From: an uncultured Verrucomicrobiae bacterium
Lineage (GTDB): Bacteria; Chlamydiota; Chlamydiia; Chlamydiales; Rhabdochlamydiaceae
Length of the DNA: 64,000 nt
Direction: 5' to 3'
Assembly: GCA_963806855.1 (NCBI GenBank)
Contig: CAWDYW010000001.1
Location: forward strand, 864,001-928,000
Shown: piece by piece, positions 18,292 through 29,542 of the stretch
Layout: each line of letters begins with the position of its first letter
How positions within the stretch are numbered: the stretch's first letter is position 1
Position numbers and translations under genes: made by a program
The notes under the pieces: model-generated
The model's database searches: none
Seen by the model: only the letters and a program-made list of their open reading frames with translations
Told to the model about the DNA's origin: nothing

Positions 18292-19809
18292 TCATGCGAG
18301 ATGATAGAGGGGGGTGTATTTTTTCTCGAGATAGGTGATAAACGGTTTCTCTGAGAGGGGCTTGCCGGTGATCTTTTCACACAGATCTTCGGGCAAATAT
18401 TGCCGTCCGTATCGATGGATATGTTCTTTTTGCCAATTGCTCAAGACGCTGAGTTCTCCTTTGGCAATCTGCTCTTTCCAATTGGGGTGTTTGGCAGCAA
18501 ATGTTTCGAAAAATTGGGCAGCATAGAGGTTGCCGAGGGTATAGGTGGGGAAATAGCCAATGGCCCCTAAAGACCAGTGGATATCCTGCAGACACCCTTC
18601 GATATCTGAGTGTGGGGTGATGCCCAAATACTCGCGCATTCTCTTATTCCACTCTTCAGGTACTCTTTCGACAGGGATTGTCCCTTCGATTAGCCCTTTT
18701 TCCATTTCAAAGCGGAGCATGATGTGGAGGTTATAGGTCACTTCATCGCTTTCGGTGCGGATCATGGTCGGTTTGACGGTGTTGATCGCTTTGTAGAAAT
18801 CCTCGAGACGAACAGAGGCCAAATGCTCTGGGAAGGTTTCTTTCAAATGGGGAAAGAAATGTTGCCAGAAGGGGAGCGAGCGGCCGATGATGGTCTCCCA
18901 GCTGCGCGATTGGCTCTCGTCGATGCCGAGCGAGGCTGCTTCGCCGAGGGGGGTTCCATAATTTTCGTGAGGAAGGTTGGCGTGATAAAGGCCGTGCCCT
19001 CCTTCGTGAACGCAGGAGAGGATGTTCATCAAGGGGTGATTGAGGTTGATGCGCGTGGTCATCCGGGTGTCATAGGTTTGCATGGGGATGCACATCGGAT
19101 GGGCCGATTCATCAAGCCTAGAAAACCGTTTGTCAAATCCCATAGCAGAGAGGAGTTTTTTCCCAAATGCCAGCTGCTTATTGTGGTCGAAGTCGTGCTG
19201 GAGAAAGGAGCTGTCGGGAATTGGTTTCGTGCAGATTTTTTTGAGTAGATTGGTCAGCGGGATCTTGAGCCGCTCGAGGAGGACAGTTAAAACGGCGGTG
19301 GTCATGGTCGGCTCGAAATTGTCGACGAGCGCATCGTAAGGGTGATCTTCATAGCCTAGGATATCGGCTTTTTTGCGGCATAGGGCGACGATTTTTTCCA
19401 GGTGGGGCTGAAAGTCTTTGAACCGGTTTTTCTCTTTGGCATCGGCCCACGCATGCGTTGCAGCTGAAGTGACAATGGCAAACTCTTCGACGAAGGAGAG
19501 GGGGAGTTTGACCGCTTTGATGTAATCGCGTCGCCATTCTCGCAGCGCGGCGATTTGTGGATCGGTCAATTCATCGCTCTTCAAGGTGCCTGTTTCGATG
19601 TCGATCAGGGCTGAGAGGGCATTTGCGAAGTCTTTGCTGGTCCTCTCTTGGTGCCCGAGACTTGCGATCAGCTCCACTTGTTTTGAGCGGATCTCAATGG
19701 CCCCTTTCGGCATGTAGGTCTCTTGGTCCCATTCGAGCAGCATTGAGATGCCGCTAAACAGGGTAGCTTTAGTCGAGAGTTCTGTAATTTTTTGATAGGC
19801 TTTATTCAT
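18292..19809 (-). CDS. Carboxypeptidase M32 (Taq family)
   Basis: WDQETYMP, HEGGHGLY zinc motif, ESQS, IRT.SDEVTY, GCLQDIHW, GYFPTY. Confidence 0.95.
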   Translation of the reverse strand: MNKAYQKITELSTKATLFSGISMLLEWDQETYMPKGAIEIRSKQVELIASLGHQERTSKDFANALSALIDIETGTLKSDELTDPQIAALREWRRDYIKAVKLPLSFVEEFAIVTSAATHAWADAKEKNRFKDFQPHLEKIVALCRKKADILGYEDHPYDALVDNFEPTMTTAVLTVLLERLKIPLTNLLKKICTKPIPDSSFLQHDFDHNKQLAFGKKLLSAMGFDKRFSRLDESAHPMCIPMQTYDTRMTTRINLNHPLMNILSCVHEGGHGLYHANLPHENYGTPLGEAASLGIDESQSRSWETIIGRSLPFWQHFFPHLKETFPEHLASVRLEDFYKAINTVKPTMIRTESDEVTYNLHIMLRFEMEKGLIEGTIPVERVPEEWNKRMREYLGITPHSDIEGCLQDIHWSLGAIGYFPTYTLGNLYAAQFFETFAAKHPNWKEQIAKGELSVLSNWQKEHIHRYGRQYLPEDLCEKITGKPLSEKPFITYLEKKYTPLYHLA

Positions 19810-20540
19810 GTTTTTAGTCTAACTGGTGGCCAAATTTTTTTTAAGCCTTTCTCTATCGCCCCGATCATTTTGCCGGCAAATGGGGTAAAGAAAGACCAAC
19901 TGATCGACAAGATGACAATACAGCCGCTGCCGACGACGATATCGGAGAGCCAGTGGGCGCCAACTGCGAGGCGGGGAAGGCAGAGAAAGGCGCCGTAAAG
20001 CAGCGCGAGGAGAGCGAGTCTTCCACGGACGATATAGGCATAGCTCACAGCGAGCATGAGAGCGGTCGTCGCGTGGTCGCCGGGGAGGCTCTTGCTCGAA
20101 TGGACTTTGAATTCTATCCAGGAAATGGTGTGGGAAATATCGACCACATGATCGAGGACAAGGCTTGGACTCGTCCGGCGCAAATGCATGAGATCACGGC
20201 AAAAAAGGCGATTGATGAGGACAATGGTCGCCGCAGTGAGGATCACGCAGAAAATGAATTCGGCACATCTTCGTAGCCGCTCTGGCTTTTGGGTTCTGAA
20301 AATCGCAGCCAAATAAAATCCTAAGAAGCACAGGTCTTCAAACCAGTCTGCCAGGCTGTGGTTGGCAAGAGCCCAGAGGGTACGCAGGAGGCTATTGTCT
20401 TTGAGCGGTTCATTGACCAAGCGAAAGAAGGCTAGATCGATTTGTTCCCATATTTGCGACGAGAAAATGAAGCTGCCAAAAAGAATTAAGGCTAGCAAAT
20501 TCCAAAAGAGAAGGGGTTTTATTCGCGTACAAACCTCCAT
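19806..20540 (-). CDS. PAP2-family phosphatase/phosphotransferase (LpxT/LpxE-like)
   Basis: R.SP, SLPGDH, PRL..GAHW.SD motifs; next to lptF/G. Confidence 0.8.
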   Translation of the reverse strand: MEVCTRIKPLLFWNLLALILFGSFIFSSQIWEQIDLAFFRLVNEPLKDNSLLRTLWALANHSLADWFEDLCFLGFYLAAIFRTQKPERLRRCAEFIFCVILTAATIVLINRLFCRDLMHLRRTSPSLVLDHVVDISHTISWIEFKVHSSKSLPGDHATTALMLAVSYAYIVRGRLALLALLYGAFLCLPRLAVGAHWLSDIVVGSGCIVILSISWSFFTPFAGKMIGAIEKGLKKIWPPVRLKT

Positions 20541-21583
20541 CCAAAAATCGAATACAGAAGTAGAAAAGGAGCTAAGATCGCAATGTAGGCAGAGGCGGTT
20601 TCATTTTCGCTCAAAATCACGGCCGCATCCATGAAGGCGACGAAGGCGATAAATCCAAAGAGGCCAAAAACGTAGATGAAAAAGGGTGAGAGGTCTCGCT
20701 TGTATCCGATACAGAAGGGAATGACGGCGAGCAGGACTAAAAAGCAGCAGCTTGGCATCGCCAGTTTAAAGAGAAGCTGGGTCAAAATCACCTGTTTTTC
20801 ATGGTTAGAAGCAAAGGAGCGGCTTAAGAGGGTAAAGAGCTGATAGATCGATCGGTTTTCATAGGGGATATACCCTTTGCGCGGGATCTCTTTTGCCCAA
20901 TGCAATTCGGTGAATAGATAGGTCGGATAGGAGGCCTCTTTCTCAAAGGCATCTCCATTGCGGACGAGGTGATCTACCCATTGTCCTCGCAGATCATCCG
21001 GATCGGCCTTGAGATATTTCATCCTCCAGATATCATCGGCGCTGCGGATCCAAATCACATCGAAAAAAGATTCTTTCTCTTGATCAAAATATTGATAGAC
21101 GAGCCGGGAGTGATCTTCAAGGTGCAGAACGCGGAAAGGTTCTCTCCGATTATTCTTAAGCGAGTGGCTCAAATGGGAATCATAGAATTTGTCGATGAAA
21201 TTAAGCGATGAGGGGATGGCAAATTCGTTAATCGCCAGGCAGCTGAGGGTGCAGATCATCCCCATAAAAAAGAGGGGGCGGAGCAATTTTTTCTGGGCGA
21301 GACCTGCCGATTGGAAGGCGACCAATTCCCGATAGATATTGAGTTGGCAGAGCACTTTGATCGTGCCGAGGAGCAGGGCGAGGGGAATCAAAATATCGGC
21401 CCGCTTGACAAATTGGAAGAGGTAATACTGAAAAATTTTGAAAACGCCTAAATTCTTGCCATGGACAAAGTCCTGGATATGGGTGGAGTAATCGATAATG
21501 GCATAGAGGAAGTAGAAGCCAAAAAGAAAGAGGGCAAAGACCTTTAGAAACTCCCGCAAGACATACTTTTCCCAAATCTTCAT
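20519..21583 (-). CDS. lptG: LPS export permease, LptF/LptG family
   Basis: 3+3 TM layout, P.ALL......L....EL.A....G motif, paired with paralogue. Confidence 0.75.
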   Translation of the reverse strand: MKIWEKYVLREFLKVFALFLFGFYFLYAIIDYSTHIQDFVHGKNLGVFKIFQYYLFQFVKRADILIPLALLLGTIKVLCQLNIYRELVAFQSAGLAQKKLLRPLFFMGMICTLSCLAINEFAIPSSLNFIDKFYDSHLSHSLKNNRREPFRVLHLEDHSRLVYQYFDQEKESFFDVIWIRSADDIWRMKYLKADPDDLRGQWVDHLVRNGDAFEKEASYPTYLFTELHWAKEIPRKGYIPYENRSIYQLFTLLSRSFASNHEKQVILTQLLFKLAMPSCCFLVLLAVIPFCIGYKRDLSPFFIYVFGLFGFIAFVAFMDAAVILSENETASAYIAILAPFLLLYSIFGWRFVRE

Positions 21584-22677
21584 TCTGCCCCCCTCGCAAT
21601 CCGTTTAAAAGAGTAGAGACAGAAAAGAATAATCACTGGATGGGGCCCTAGATACAAGAGGGTGCTTTGAAGGTGATTATGTCGCACCGATTTTGCCATG
21701 ACAAAGCAGACCAGATAGATTATTAGAAATGCGCTGGCCCAAAGGATTCCTCTCAATTTAAGCTGTCTTGAAATCTCCATCCCACAGGCGATCCCTAAGA
21801 GGGTGAAAGTGAAGGCGGCGATCCCTAAAGAGAGCCGTCTGGCAATCTCTTCAAGAATGTGAATATCAAGCTGAGAACTTACTTGATTTTCGACCGCATT
21901 TTTGGCCAGAAGCATCCGTAAATTGAGGTTTTCAAAGCTAAGACTCCAGCCGCTGCTATGCAAATATTGGGAGAGATCATCGGCCTGCGTCTGCATCTCT
22001 GCCTGATTTTCGATAACAAGATGGTCAAACCTATCAGGCTCTTTTGAATCGACACTCGAGATAAAGGTGACATTGGATCCGAGCAATTTTTGATCTTTTA
22101 ACGAGAGTTTCTTCGCCAGCATCAGCCCAATCCGCTGATTTGACATCGTCCGCGAGATGAAAAAGACATCTTCAGCATATTTGCCCGATTTGAGCACTTT
22201 CATATCGACGTAGGTGTTCTTCAATTTGATCAGCGTATCTTTTTGTAGCAGACAGAGGGGATTGGCGGCCGTCATCTCATAGGCGAGCATTTTAGAAAGA
22301 GAGCGGCATTTTGGAGTCACTTCTGACACAACCGTAAAATTGAGCAGCGCAAAAATCATCCCGCAGAGGAGGAGAGGGAAAGTGATGGAGGCGATTCCAA
22401 GCCCCGACATCCGGATGGCAGTCAATTCTCGCGATCGACTCATCTTTTGGAAGAGCAAGAATGCGGCGATCAAACAGGAAATAGGGATCGCAAGGGGCAA
22501 AATGAAGGGAATTTGAAAGAGGACAAACTTGAAAACGACAAATTTTGAGGCACCGGTCGCAGCAAAGCGGGCCACCGTTTGGAAACGGGTGACTAAAAGG
22601 ACCGAGATAAATCCTGTGACGCACAGGCAGAGTACCTTGAGGTAGTTGCGTAGTAAGTAGCTCCACAAAAGGGGCAT
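21580..22677 (-). CDS. lptF: LPS export permease, LptF/LptG family
   Basis: LPLAIPIS, ELTAIRMSGL motifs. Confidence 0.75.
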   Translation of the reverse strand: MPLLWSYLLRNYLKVLCLCVTGFISVLLVTRFQTVARFAATGASKFVVFKFVLFQIPFILPLAIPISCLIAAFLLFQKMSRSRELTAIRMSGLGIASITFPLLLCGMIFALLNFTVVSEVTPKCRSLSKMLAYEMTAANPLCLLQKDTLIKLKNTYVDMKVLKSGKYAEDVFFISRTMSNQRIGLMLAKKLSLKDQKLLGSNVTFISSVDSKEPDRFDHLVIENQAEMQTQADDLSQYLHSSGWSLSFENLNLRMLLAKNAVENQVSSQLDIHILEEIARRLSLGIAAFTFTLLGIACGMEISRQLKLRGILWASAFLIIYLVCFVMAKSVRHNHLQSTLLYLGPHPVIILFCLYSFKRIARGAE

Positions 22678-22711
22678 CGCTTGTCTCTTTCTTATTTTAT
22701 CTATTAATTGT

Positions 22712-23926
22712 ATGCTAACGGACGATTATACGAAAATGGATTTAGAAAAAACTATTCAACTTTATTTCGGGCAAGTACCCCGCTCTGACAAACCGCTCCT
22801 GCTAGGTTTATCGGGAGGGGAGGACTCGCTCGCTTTAGCCCATTGCCTGATCCGGCTGAAAATTCCGTTCCATGTCGCCCATTATGATCACGGCTGGCGG
22901 CAGACTAGCGGACGCGAGGCGGAAGAGCTCAGGAATTGGGCAGCCGAACGTCAAATTCCATTTTATACGATGAGAAGCAGCGGCTCAGCTGGGAAAGAGG
23001 ATGAGGCACGCGAACAGAGGTATTCTTTTTTTGAATCAATTTTCAAAGAGGAGCTTTTCCAGGCGCTCGTCCTCGCCCACCACCGCGATGACCAGGTCGA
23101 GACGATTTTAAAGCGGATTTTAGAAGGGGCCCATCTGTCCAAATTGAGGGGAATAAAAGAGATCCATTGGCGAGGAACTCTTCCCATTTGGCGCCCTTTA
23201 CTTGGAGTTCCCAAGGAGGCGATCCGAGCTTATATAAGGACACATCAGCTGCAGCCGATCGATGATTATACAAATCGGGACCCCAAATATTTGCGCGCCA
23301 GGATGCGAACTGGGCTAATCCCGATGTTGCAGGAGCAATTTGGCAAGGAGATTTCGAGCTCCCTCCTCCGACTGGGCCGCTATTCTGCAGAATTGGAACA
23401 TTACCTTGAGCTGCAAACAGAAAAGATTCAACCGGTTGAAGGGCCATTTGGGAGCTTTTGGGACTTTTCGGCCTCCCATCCGGTTGAAATGCGCTTTGTC
23501 CTGAGAAATCTTGGAGTCAGCCAACAAGTCATAGACCAGACGATAGAGGCGCTGACTGCCAATAGGGCCAACTATAAAATCAATCAGATGTTTATCGTCG
23601 ACCGGGGAACGCTCTTTTTTTTAAAACCATCTCAGAAGAATACTTCTATGACCTTTGGCCCAATTGTGGAAGGGGAGCCCCAAAATTGGCGCAACTGGTG
23701 GCAAGGAAAGATTTCAGTTAACATCCCAGCCGGCCCTGCCACCTTCGGCCCTCTCAACCCAAAATTGCGAAAATTCCAACACAACCACCGCGTTCCCGCC
23801 TTCCTCCGCGATACTCTCCCTGTGCTGGTGCAGGATGGAAATCCGGTAGGAGAATTTTTAAGCGGAAAAAGTTGCTATCCTCAGGTCGGGCAATCGGTCG
23901 CATTTGAAATTAATGTTAACCTATGA
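22712..23926 (+). CDS. tilS: tRNA(Ile)-lysidine synthetase
   Basis: SGGEDS PP-loop, AR..RY, LAHHRDDQ.ET, RPLL; upstream of ftsH. Confidence 0.93.
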   Translation: MLTDDYTKMDLEKTIQLYFGQVPRSDKPLLLGLSGGEDSLALAHCLIRLKIPFHVAHYDHGWRQTSGREAEELRNWAAERQIPFYTMRSSGSAGKEDEAREQRYSFFESIFKEELFQALVLAHHRDDQVETILKRILEGAHLSKLRGIKEIHWRGTLPIWRPLLGVPKEAIRAYIRTHQLQPIDDYTNRDPKYLRARMRTGLIPMLQEQFGKEISSSLLRLGRYSAELEHYLELQTEKIQPVEGPFGSFWDFSASHPVEMRFVLRNLGVSQQVIDQTIEALTANRANYKINQMFIVDRGTLFFLKPSQKNTSMTFGPIVEGEPQNWRNWWQGKISVNIPAGPATFGPLNPKLRKFQHNHRVPAFLRDTLPVLVQDGNPVGEFLSGKSCYPQVGQSVAFEINVNL

Positions 23927-24048
23927 TATCATAATAACTTAAGGCTCTACCACCAAAAAAATTCTGCCTATTTTCTTGAACGAAAATTAAAATAGGTAAA
24001 CCTTTTTATCCTTTTAAAAAGTTTGAACTTGTGATATAAAAAGAAATT

Positions 24049-26797
24049 ATGGGCGATGACAATAAAAACAAACCTACGCCGAAGAAGGGATTTCCTGGAG
24101 GCTTTTTAATTTTTGTTCTGGCGGGGATACTCACGTTCTTCTCCATTCAGAGCATGAATAAAGACAAGACCGGGAAAGTTGGGTTCAGCCATCAGGTTGA
24201 ACACCTCGTCAACTTGGACCTTCTTGATAAAGAGAGCAACAAAAAAACGGCTCTGAACGATAACCTGGTCACTTTCAGCGGAAAGTTCAAGGATCAAGTT
24301 TCAGATGAGGCGAAAGCGCGCTATCGGTTCTTGCAGCTTGTCAATCAAAATAATCAACTGATTCAGGACCAAAGCGTCGTTCAAAAAGAGCTCCGAGATC
24401 TCCGTACATCTGTGATTGCTGCAGCCGATTGGTTCCTTAACCTCACCGGGATCGACATCCCAAGCAGAGGCTATGTCGTCGTCGATTCAGGTTTCGATCT
24501 TCCCAATTCCGACAATGCGATCGTCCTCAAATCGACAAACGATCGGCATATCGTCAATCTCAAAGAACTCAAGAGCAATTTCCGAGCAGCTTCTAGCTCA
24601 GCCGCGACGCTCGACACTTTTGCGAGCGACCTACGCACTCTAATCCAAGCCTTCCGTTCTCCCAATTTAGCGATGGGGGATGAGGCGATTAAGCAGCAGC
24701 TGAAAGATATGGAAGTGGCTGTGATGAATGCCCGTTCCTTCAATGTGAGCGATCGGACCGAAGTTTATGCTACTGCTATTAACCAGCTCCAGGCGATCGC
24801 TAACGAATTAGATGCATCTGAAGATGGAATCAGGCTAAACCAGCTCCGTCCCGTCCGCACCTATAAACAAGACCTGATCCGCAACAACCAAATCTCTGAA
24901 GACCTTCTGACCGTCAATGCTCAACTGGATAAAGCGCGCCAACAAGTGGCGAGCGTCGTCTGGTATTTTAACAACAAAGAACTCTCCACCCGGCAGCTTG
25001 AAAAACAAGATCCAGAGGTTTTCAGCCAATGGTATTCTGGTGCTAACCAAGAATGGCAGACTTTCGCCACCAACCGTGGAGCCGATTTTAAAGCCCCCGA
25101 CCAACCGCGCAATGCCGTCTTAGAAAAAACCTTCAAGAGCGAAGAGCCTTCTCCCAATTATTTTAGCTACCTCTTGACCCTGCTCCCCGTATTACTCGTG
25201 GTCTTCCTCCTCTACTTCGTCTTCTCCAAACAGATGAAAGGGATGGGATCTGGCGCCATGAACTTCGGAAAATCGCCTGCTCGCCTTCTGACAAAAGAGA
25301 GGAATAAAGTCACCTTTAAAGATGTCGCCGGTTGCGATGAGGCCAAAGAAGAACTTCAAGAGATCGTCGACTTCCTCAAAGACCCAGCGAAATTCACCGT
25401 CCTCGGCGCTCGCATCCCGAAAGGGGTCCTCTGCATCGGCGCTCCAGGAACAGGTAAAACGTTGATTGCCAAAGCTGTTGCCGGCGAGGCCGATCGCCCC
25501 TTCTTCTCGATTTCGGGTTCCGATTTCGTCGAGATGTTTGTGGGTGTCGGTGCTAGCCGTATCCGCGATCTCTTTGACCAAGCGAACAAACAGGCCCCTT
25601 GCATCATCTTTATCGATGAGATCGACGCTGTCGGACGACATCGCGGTGCCGGAATTGGCGGCGGCCACGATGAGCGTGAGCAGACCCTGAACCAGCTTCT
25701 GGTCGAAATGGATGGCTTTGATACGAACGAAGGGGTCATTCTGATCGCCGCAACCAACCGCCCTGACGTCCTCGATAAAGCGCTTCTGCGTCCAGGCCGT
25801 TTTGACAGACGGATCGTCGTCGATCTTCCCGATATTAAAGGTCGCTACGAGATCCTCAAAGTGCATGCCCGCAAGATTAAACTCGATTCTACAGTCGACT
25901 TGATGATCATCGCCCGCAATACCCCAGGCGCATCGGGTGCCGACCTCGCCAATATTCTCAACGAGGCTGCCCTACTTGCAGCGCGTAATGGACGTACAGC
26001 CGTGACCCAGCAAGAGGCGAATGAAGCCTGTGATAAGGTCCGCTATGGAAAAGAGCGCCGCAGCGCTCGAGATCGACAATCAGGAGAAACGGACAACTGC
26101 TATCCACGAATCGGGTCATGCCATCGTCGCCCTCCTCGTGAAAAATAGCGATCCTGTCGACAAAGTGACCATTATTCCTCGTGGACTCTCACTCGGTGCG
26201 ACCCACTTCATGCCAAAGAAAAACCGTGTCAGCTACTGGAAAAAAGAGCTCCTCGATCAGCTTGCCGTCCTCATGGGTGGCCGTATTGCCGAAGATCAAT
26301 TCGTCGGCGATATCTCCAGTGGCGCGCAGATGGACATCACTCAAGCCACACGCCTTGCTCGCAGCATGGTCTGTGAGTGGGGGATGACCGATGCTCTCGG
26401 AACCGTCGCCTATGATGAGCGGAGCGACGTCGGTCAGTATTTAGGAATGCAGCAGCATGAGAAGAACTATTCTGAAGAAACCGCCAAGCATATCGATGAA
26501 GAAGTGCGCCGTATTCTCGATGAAGCCAATAAAAAAGCGATCGAAATCATCCAGACAAATAAAGACAAGCTCCTGCTCATGACCGACATGCTGATGGAAT
26601 TTGAGACCCTTGATCGACAAGACGTCCTCGACATCATGGAGAACAAGTGGGACATCGAGAAGAAACGCAAACGCCAAAAGGATGATGCTGATCGGGCCAA
26701 GAGCAAGGCGCCACCGCCACCTCCAAGCCCCATCACCGATATAACTGCTGGCCCAAAACTCGACCTTCCTCCCAATCCGACACCTCAGGGAACCTAA
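24049..26797 (+). CDS. ftsH: ATP-dependent zinc metalloprotease FtsH, split by a +1 frameshift at ~26065
   Basis: AAA domain ([17 protein letters not shown]) in 24049-26148; HESGH peptidase M41 domain in 26021-26797; ...KERRS-g-LEIDN junction. Confidence 0.93.
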
Positions 26798-26800
26798 AAG

Positions 26801-27823
26801 ATGTTTCAAGCAATGGCGGTCATTTGTCTGATCGCCTGCCACGGAGCCTCCGCCGACCATTTCGCGGTCTTTGCCCAAAAATTATTAGACGAAGGCTACC
26901 AGGTTCGGATCTATGCCTCAGAGCATGCAGTCAAAAAATTCCAAGATCGTAAAATCCCCATTACCATGTCATTTAAAGTTGACGAGTGCAAAGCGTCTGA
27001 AATCGCCGAAAGTTGTGCCGATTCGGTCGTCCTGACCGATGTAGGCCATCCCTTTGACATTACCCTGCAGCAAGCCTTAAACGGGGCCATAGCCTATTAC
27101 GATAATCCCGAGCCCTTAGTCCCTGGAGGGTATTCCAAAGTAGCAGGCGAGGTGATGAAATTGGCAAGCAAGGTGCTCTTTGCCAATGCCAATCTCGAGA
27201 CCAGTCCCTTACTAGACGTCCCATTCGAAAAAAGGGTCGGCCTGGGCTATTACCCTACTGCCGCGGCTGAAAAGGTGGCCAAACGGCGGGCCGAAGAGGG
27301 GAAACGGATGCGGCAGCAATTTGGATATGAAGATAAGAAAATCATGGTCTACTTTGGCGGAAATAACGAAGAGTATTTTGGTGAGGCTTTTCCTGCCTTT
27401 CTCAGTTTTTTATCGGAGGATTTGACCGATTACATTTTCGTATTGCAGCAGCATCCGGCAGCCAAAGAGAAAAACATTGATCGACAAATGGTCCAAGATG
27501 CGCCCTTGATCATTTCCGATTGGACTTCAGAGGATATTCAAGTGATTGCCGATGGGGCCCTCTATTATCAAACCAGCATGGGACCTCAGTTTGCCCTCGC
27601 CGGCATCCCGATGCTGCAAGTGGGGCATAAAACCTATGAAGATGTGATGGTCAGAAGCGGGATGTGCCCTTCGGTGACAAATGGGGAAGATTTTGCCGAG
27701 CAGATTGCCAAGATGGAGCCTACCTTGATGAGTGAGGAGCAGCGGCAAGCGATCTACAAAATCATCGGGATTCGGGATGATTGGTTCGAGAGACTAAAAG
27801 TCGAATTATGCTCTAACGGATAA
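26801..27823 (+). CDS. Hypothetical protein, possible GT-B fold glycosyl/glycerophosphotransferase
   Basis: 340-aa ORF; G.GY, 'QQHP', 'AD....TSMG...ALAGIP' resemble GT-B C-terminal domain. Confidence 0.55.
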   Translation: MFQAMAVICLIACHGASADHFAVFAQKLLDEGYQVRIYASEHAVKKFQDRKIPITMSFKVDECKASEIAESCADSVVLTDVGHPFDITLQQALNGAIAYYDNPEPLVPGGYSKVAGEVMKLASKVLFANANLETSPLLDVPFEKRVGLGYYPTAAAEKVAKRRAEEGKRMRQQFGYEDKKIMVYFGGNNEEYFGEAFPAFLSFLSEDLTDYIFVLQQHPAAKEKNIDRQMVQDAPLIISDWTSEDIQVIADGALYYQTSMGPQFALAGIPMLQVGHKTYEDVMVRSGMCPSVTNGEDFAEQIAKMEPTLMSEEQRQAIYKIIGIRDDWFERLKVELCSNG

Positions 27824-27988
27824 TCCCTGGTAACTGAGGCTGTATGCATCTGCATGTAGTTGGTTATCCCACATCCCCCAGACAGCAAACAAATAGAGAT
27901 AGTCACAATCCAGTCACAATTCTTATATCTTAAATGCCAAGGACTTAAGATTATTTAGCCGATAAAAATGAGCAAGGAATCACAATTC

Positions 27989-29443
27989 TCAGGCCCAAAA
28001 GGGGAGATAGGAAGCTCCCTTACCAGAAGTTGCTTCTCCATAGGGCTTGACAAGACCCGCTTCAATACAGTCTCTAATAATGCGGGAAACCATTGAATAG
28101 TTGGGTTGCGAGATACCCAGCCGCTGGCGAAAAGAGGCATTCGACATTCTTCCTCCTAAAATATACCGGAGACTTGCATGCTGGTAACACGCTCGAATGC
28201 GCTCTTCAAAATCCATTTGCCCAAATTGACGAGGCCCGTAGATAAGCGCAATTGTACTTTGGGATGTTGTACGAAAATCGGGAGCAGGAAGTTGGGATAA
28301 TTCGATTTCAGCGATCACTTTATCTATGCCGCTGCCTCTCTCTTCACAAAGATTCAATCTTCTCATGAATTTTGCCAGAGCTTCATTTCTAGATGTTGGC
28401 GGCTCGTCAAGAAAGCGAAGTGTTTCAATAAGAGGAAGCCCAGGACTTGATATTTCTACTCTATTTTCAAAAATCTCCACCATTGGCCCCATCCCTCGTT
28501 TTGAAAAATCTTGATGAATCAATGCATTTGCAATCAACTCACGAATTGCAATGACAGGATACATGCGAATCGATCTACGAAATGTGTGATCTATCTTCTC
28601 ATTTTGAGGCAACTGATCATTGGTATAATCTACAATTTCATTAAAACTAATTGCATATCCTTTATGAAACTCATGCTCTTTGATACCCTCAATGCGACTA
28701 TTGCCTCGATAAATAATAACTCGTGGGGATTTTCTAACAAGATGATCAAAATCTTCAAAATTCTTAGCAAAGAGAATGGCGCCTAAGTTTGTAATATCAT
28801 AATAACTACTCTCTCTGCGAATAATGATTCCTTCCGCTTCCAATCTTTGGAAAATCCCTGAATGCGATGCGGGAAGCGGCTGTCGAGTTAATTCAAAATA
28901 TGCAGAAATATCTATCAAAGAAAGAATCTCTGATTCCAATACTCCATCTTTCGCCATCCCTTTTTCAAATAGAACTCTGTCAAATCTACGCCAAAGTTCT
29001 CGTTCTTTTTCTGGGCAATCCTTTAATTTTTTCTTGTAGCTTCCTATCCGAATATATTCTGTCCCTTTAAAGCTAACAGGCCTATTACTGGCAGGCATAA
29101 TCTCAAAAAGAACAACACATTTCCCATCGATTACATTTTCATAAATGCGATAATCCACTTGTGGATCCATCTGCATAAAAAGCCAGCTCTCGAGTTCTTG
29201 ATTGCCAATTTTTGTCTCCCGAGGTCGAAACGAAGTGCCAAGAATTTGACGATGCAGATCTTCTACACCCCAGAGTATGTAAGCCCGTTGTTTCCCAATT
29301 AATGTCGCTGAGTTGGCAAGAGCGGAAATATTTTCTCCAATTTCATGAGGGTCAGCATTGTTATATTTCAACTCTAACCATTCATTTTCACTAGGGAGAA
29401 CAACGAGCTGTCGCACCAGATTGTGAAATTGAGCATTATTCAT
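27989..29443 (-). CDS. Schlafen AlbA_2 domain + HATPase_c_4 (RecG C-like) + wHTH protein
   Basis: ENEWLELK, ISALAN, ILWGVED; YP..AIRELIANALIHQD, RVEISSPG, SRN..LA, EERGSGI. Confidence 0.85.
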   Translation of the reverse strand: MNNAQFHNLVRQLVVLPSENEWLELKYNNADPHEIGENISALANSATLIGKQRAYILWGVEDLHRQILGTSFRPRETKIGNQELESWLFMQMDPQVDYRIYENVIDGKCVVLFEIMPASNRPVSFKGTEYIRIGSYKKKLKDCPEKERELWRRFDRVLFEKGMAKDGVLESEILSLIDISAYFELTRQPLPASHSGIFQRLEAEGIIIRRESSYYDITNLGAILFAKNFEDFDHLVRKSPRVIIYRGNSRIEGIKEHEFHKGYAISFNEIVDYTNDQLPQNEKIDHTFRRSIRMYPVIAIRELIANALIHQDFSKRGMGPMVEIFENRVEISSPGLPLIETLRFLDEPPTSRNEALAKFMRRLNLCEERGSGIDKVIAEIELSQLPAPDFRTTSQSTIALIYGPRQFGQMDFEERIRACYQHASLRYILGGRMSNASFRQRLGISQPNYSMVSRIIRDCIEAGLVKPYGEATSGKGASYLPFWA

Positions 29444-29542
29444 ATTTTATCCAAAAAGATACGAATGATAATACTGCCTTGCCCCTACATTATCAAGAAT
29501 TTATTTTCCCCAATATTGCAAAGTCGTGGAGGTGAGATTAGA

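Noticed and set aside
18130..18354. 74-aa ORF or ncRNA in the spacer, with a 9-bp stem at 18143-18191
   Set aside because: No recognisable protein motif or RNA family; stem too short to support a call
26041..26080. Programmed ribosomal frameshift in ftsH
   Set aside because: No slippery sequence or obvious stimulatory structure at the junction
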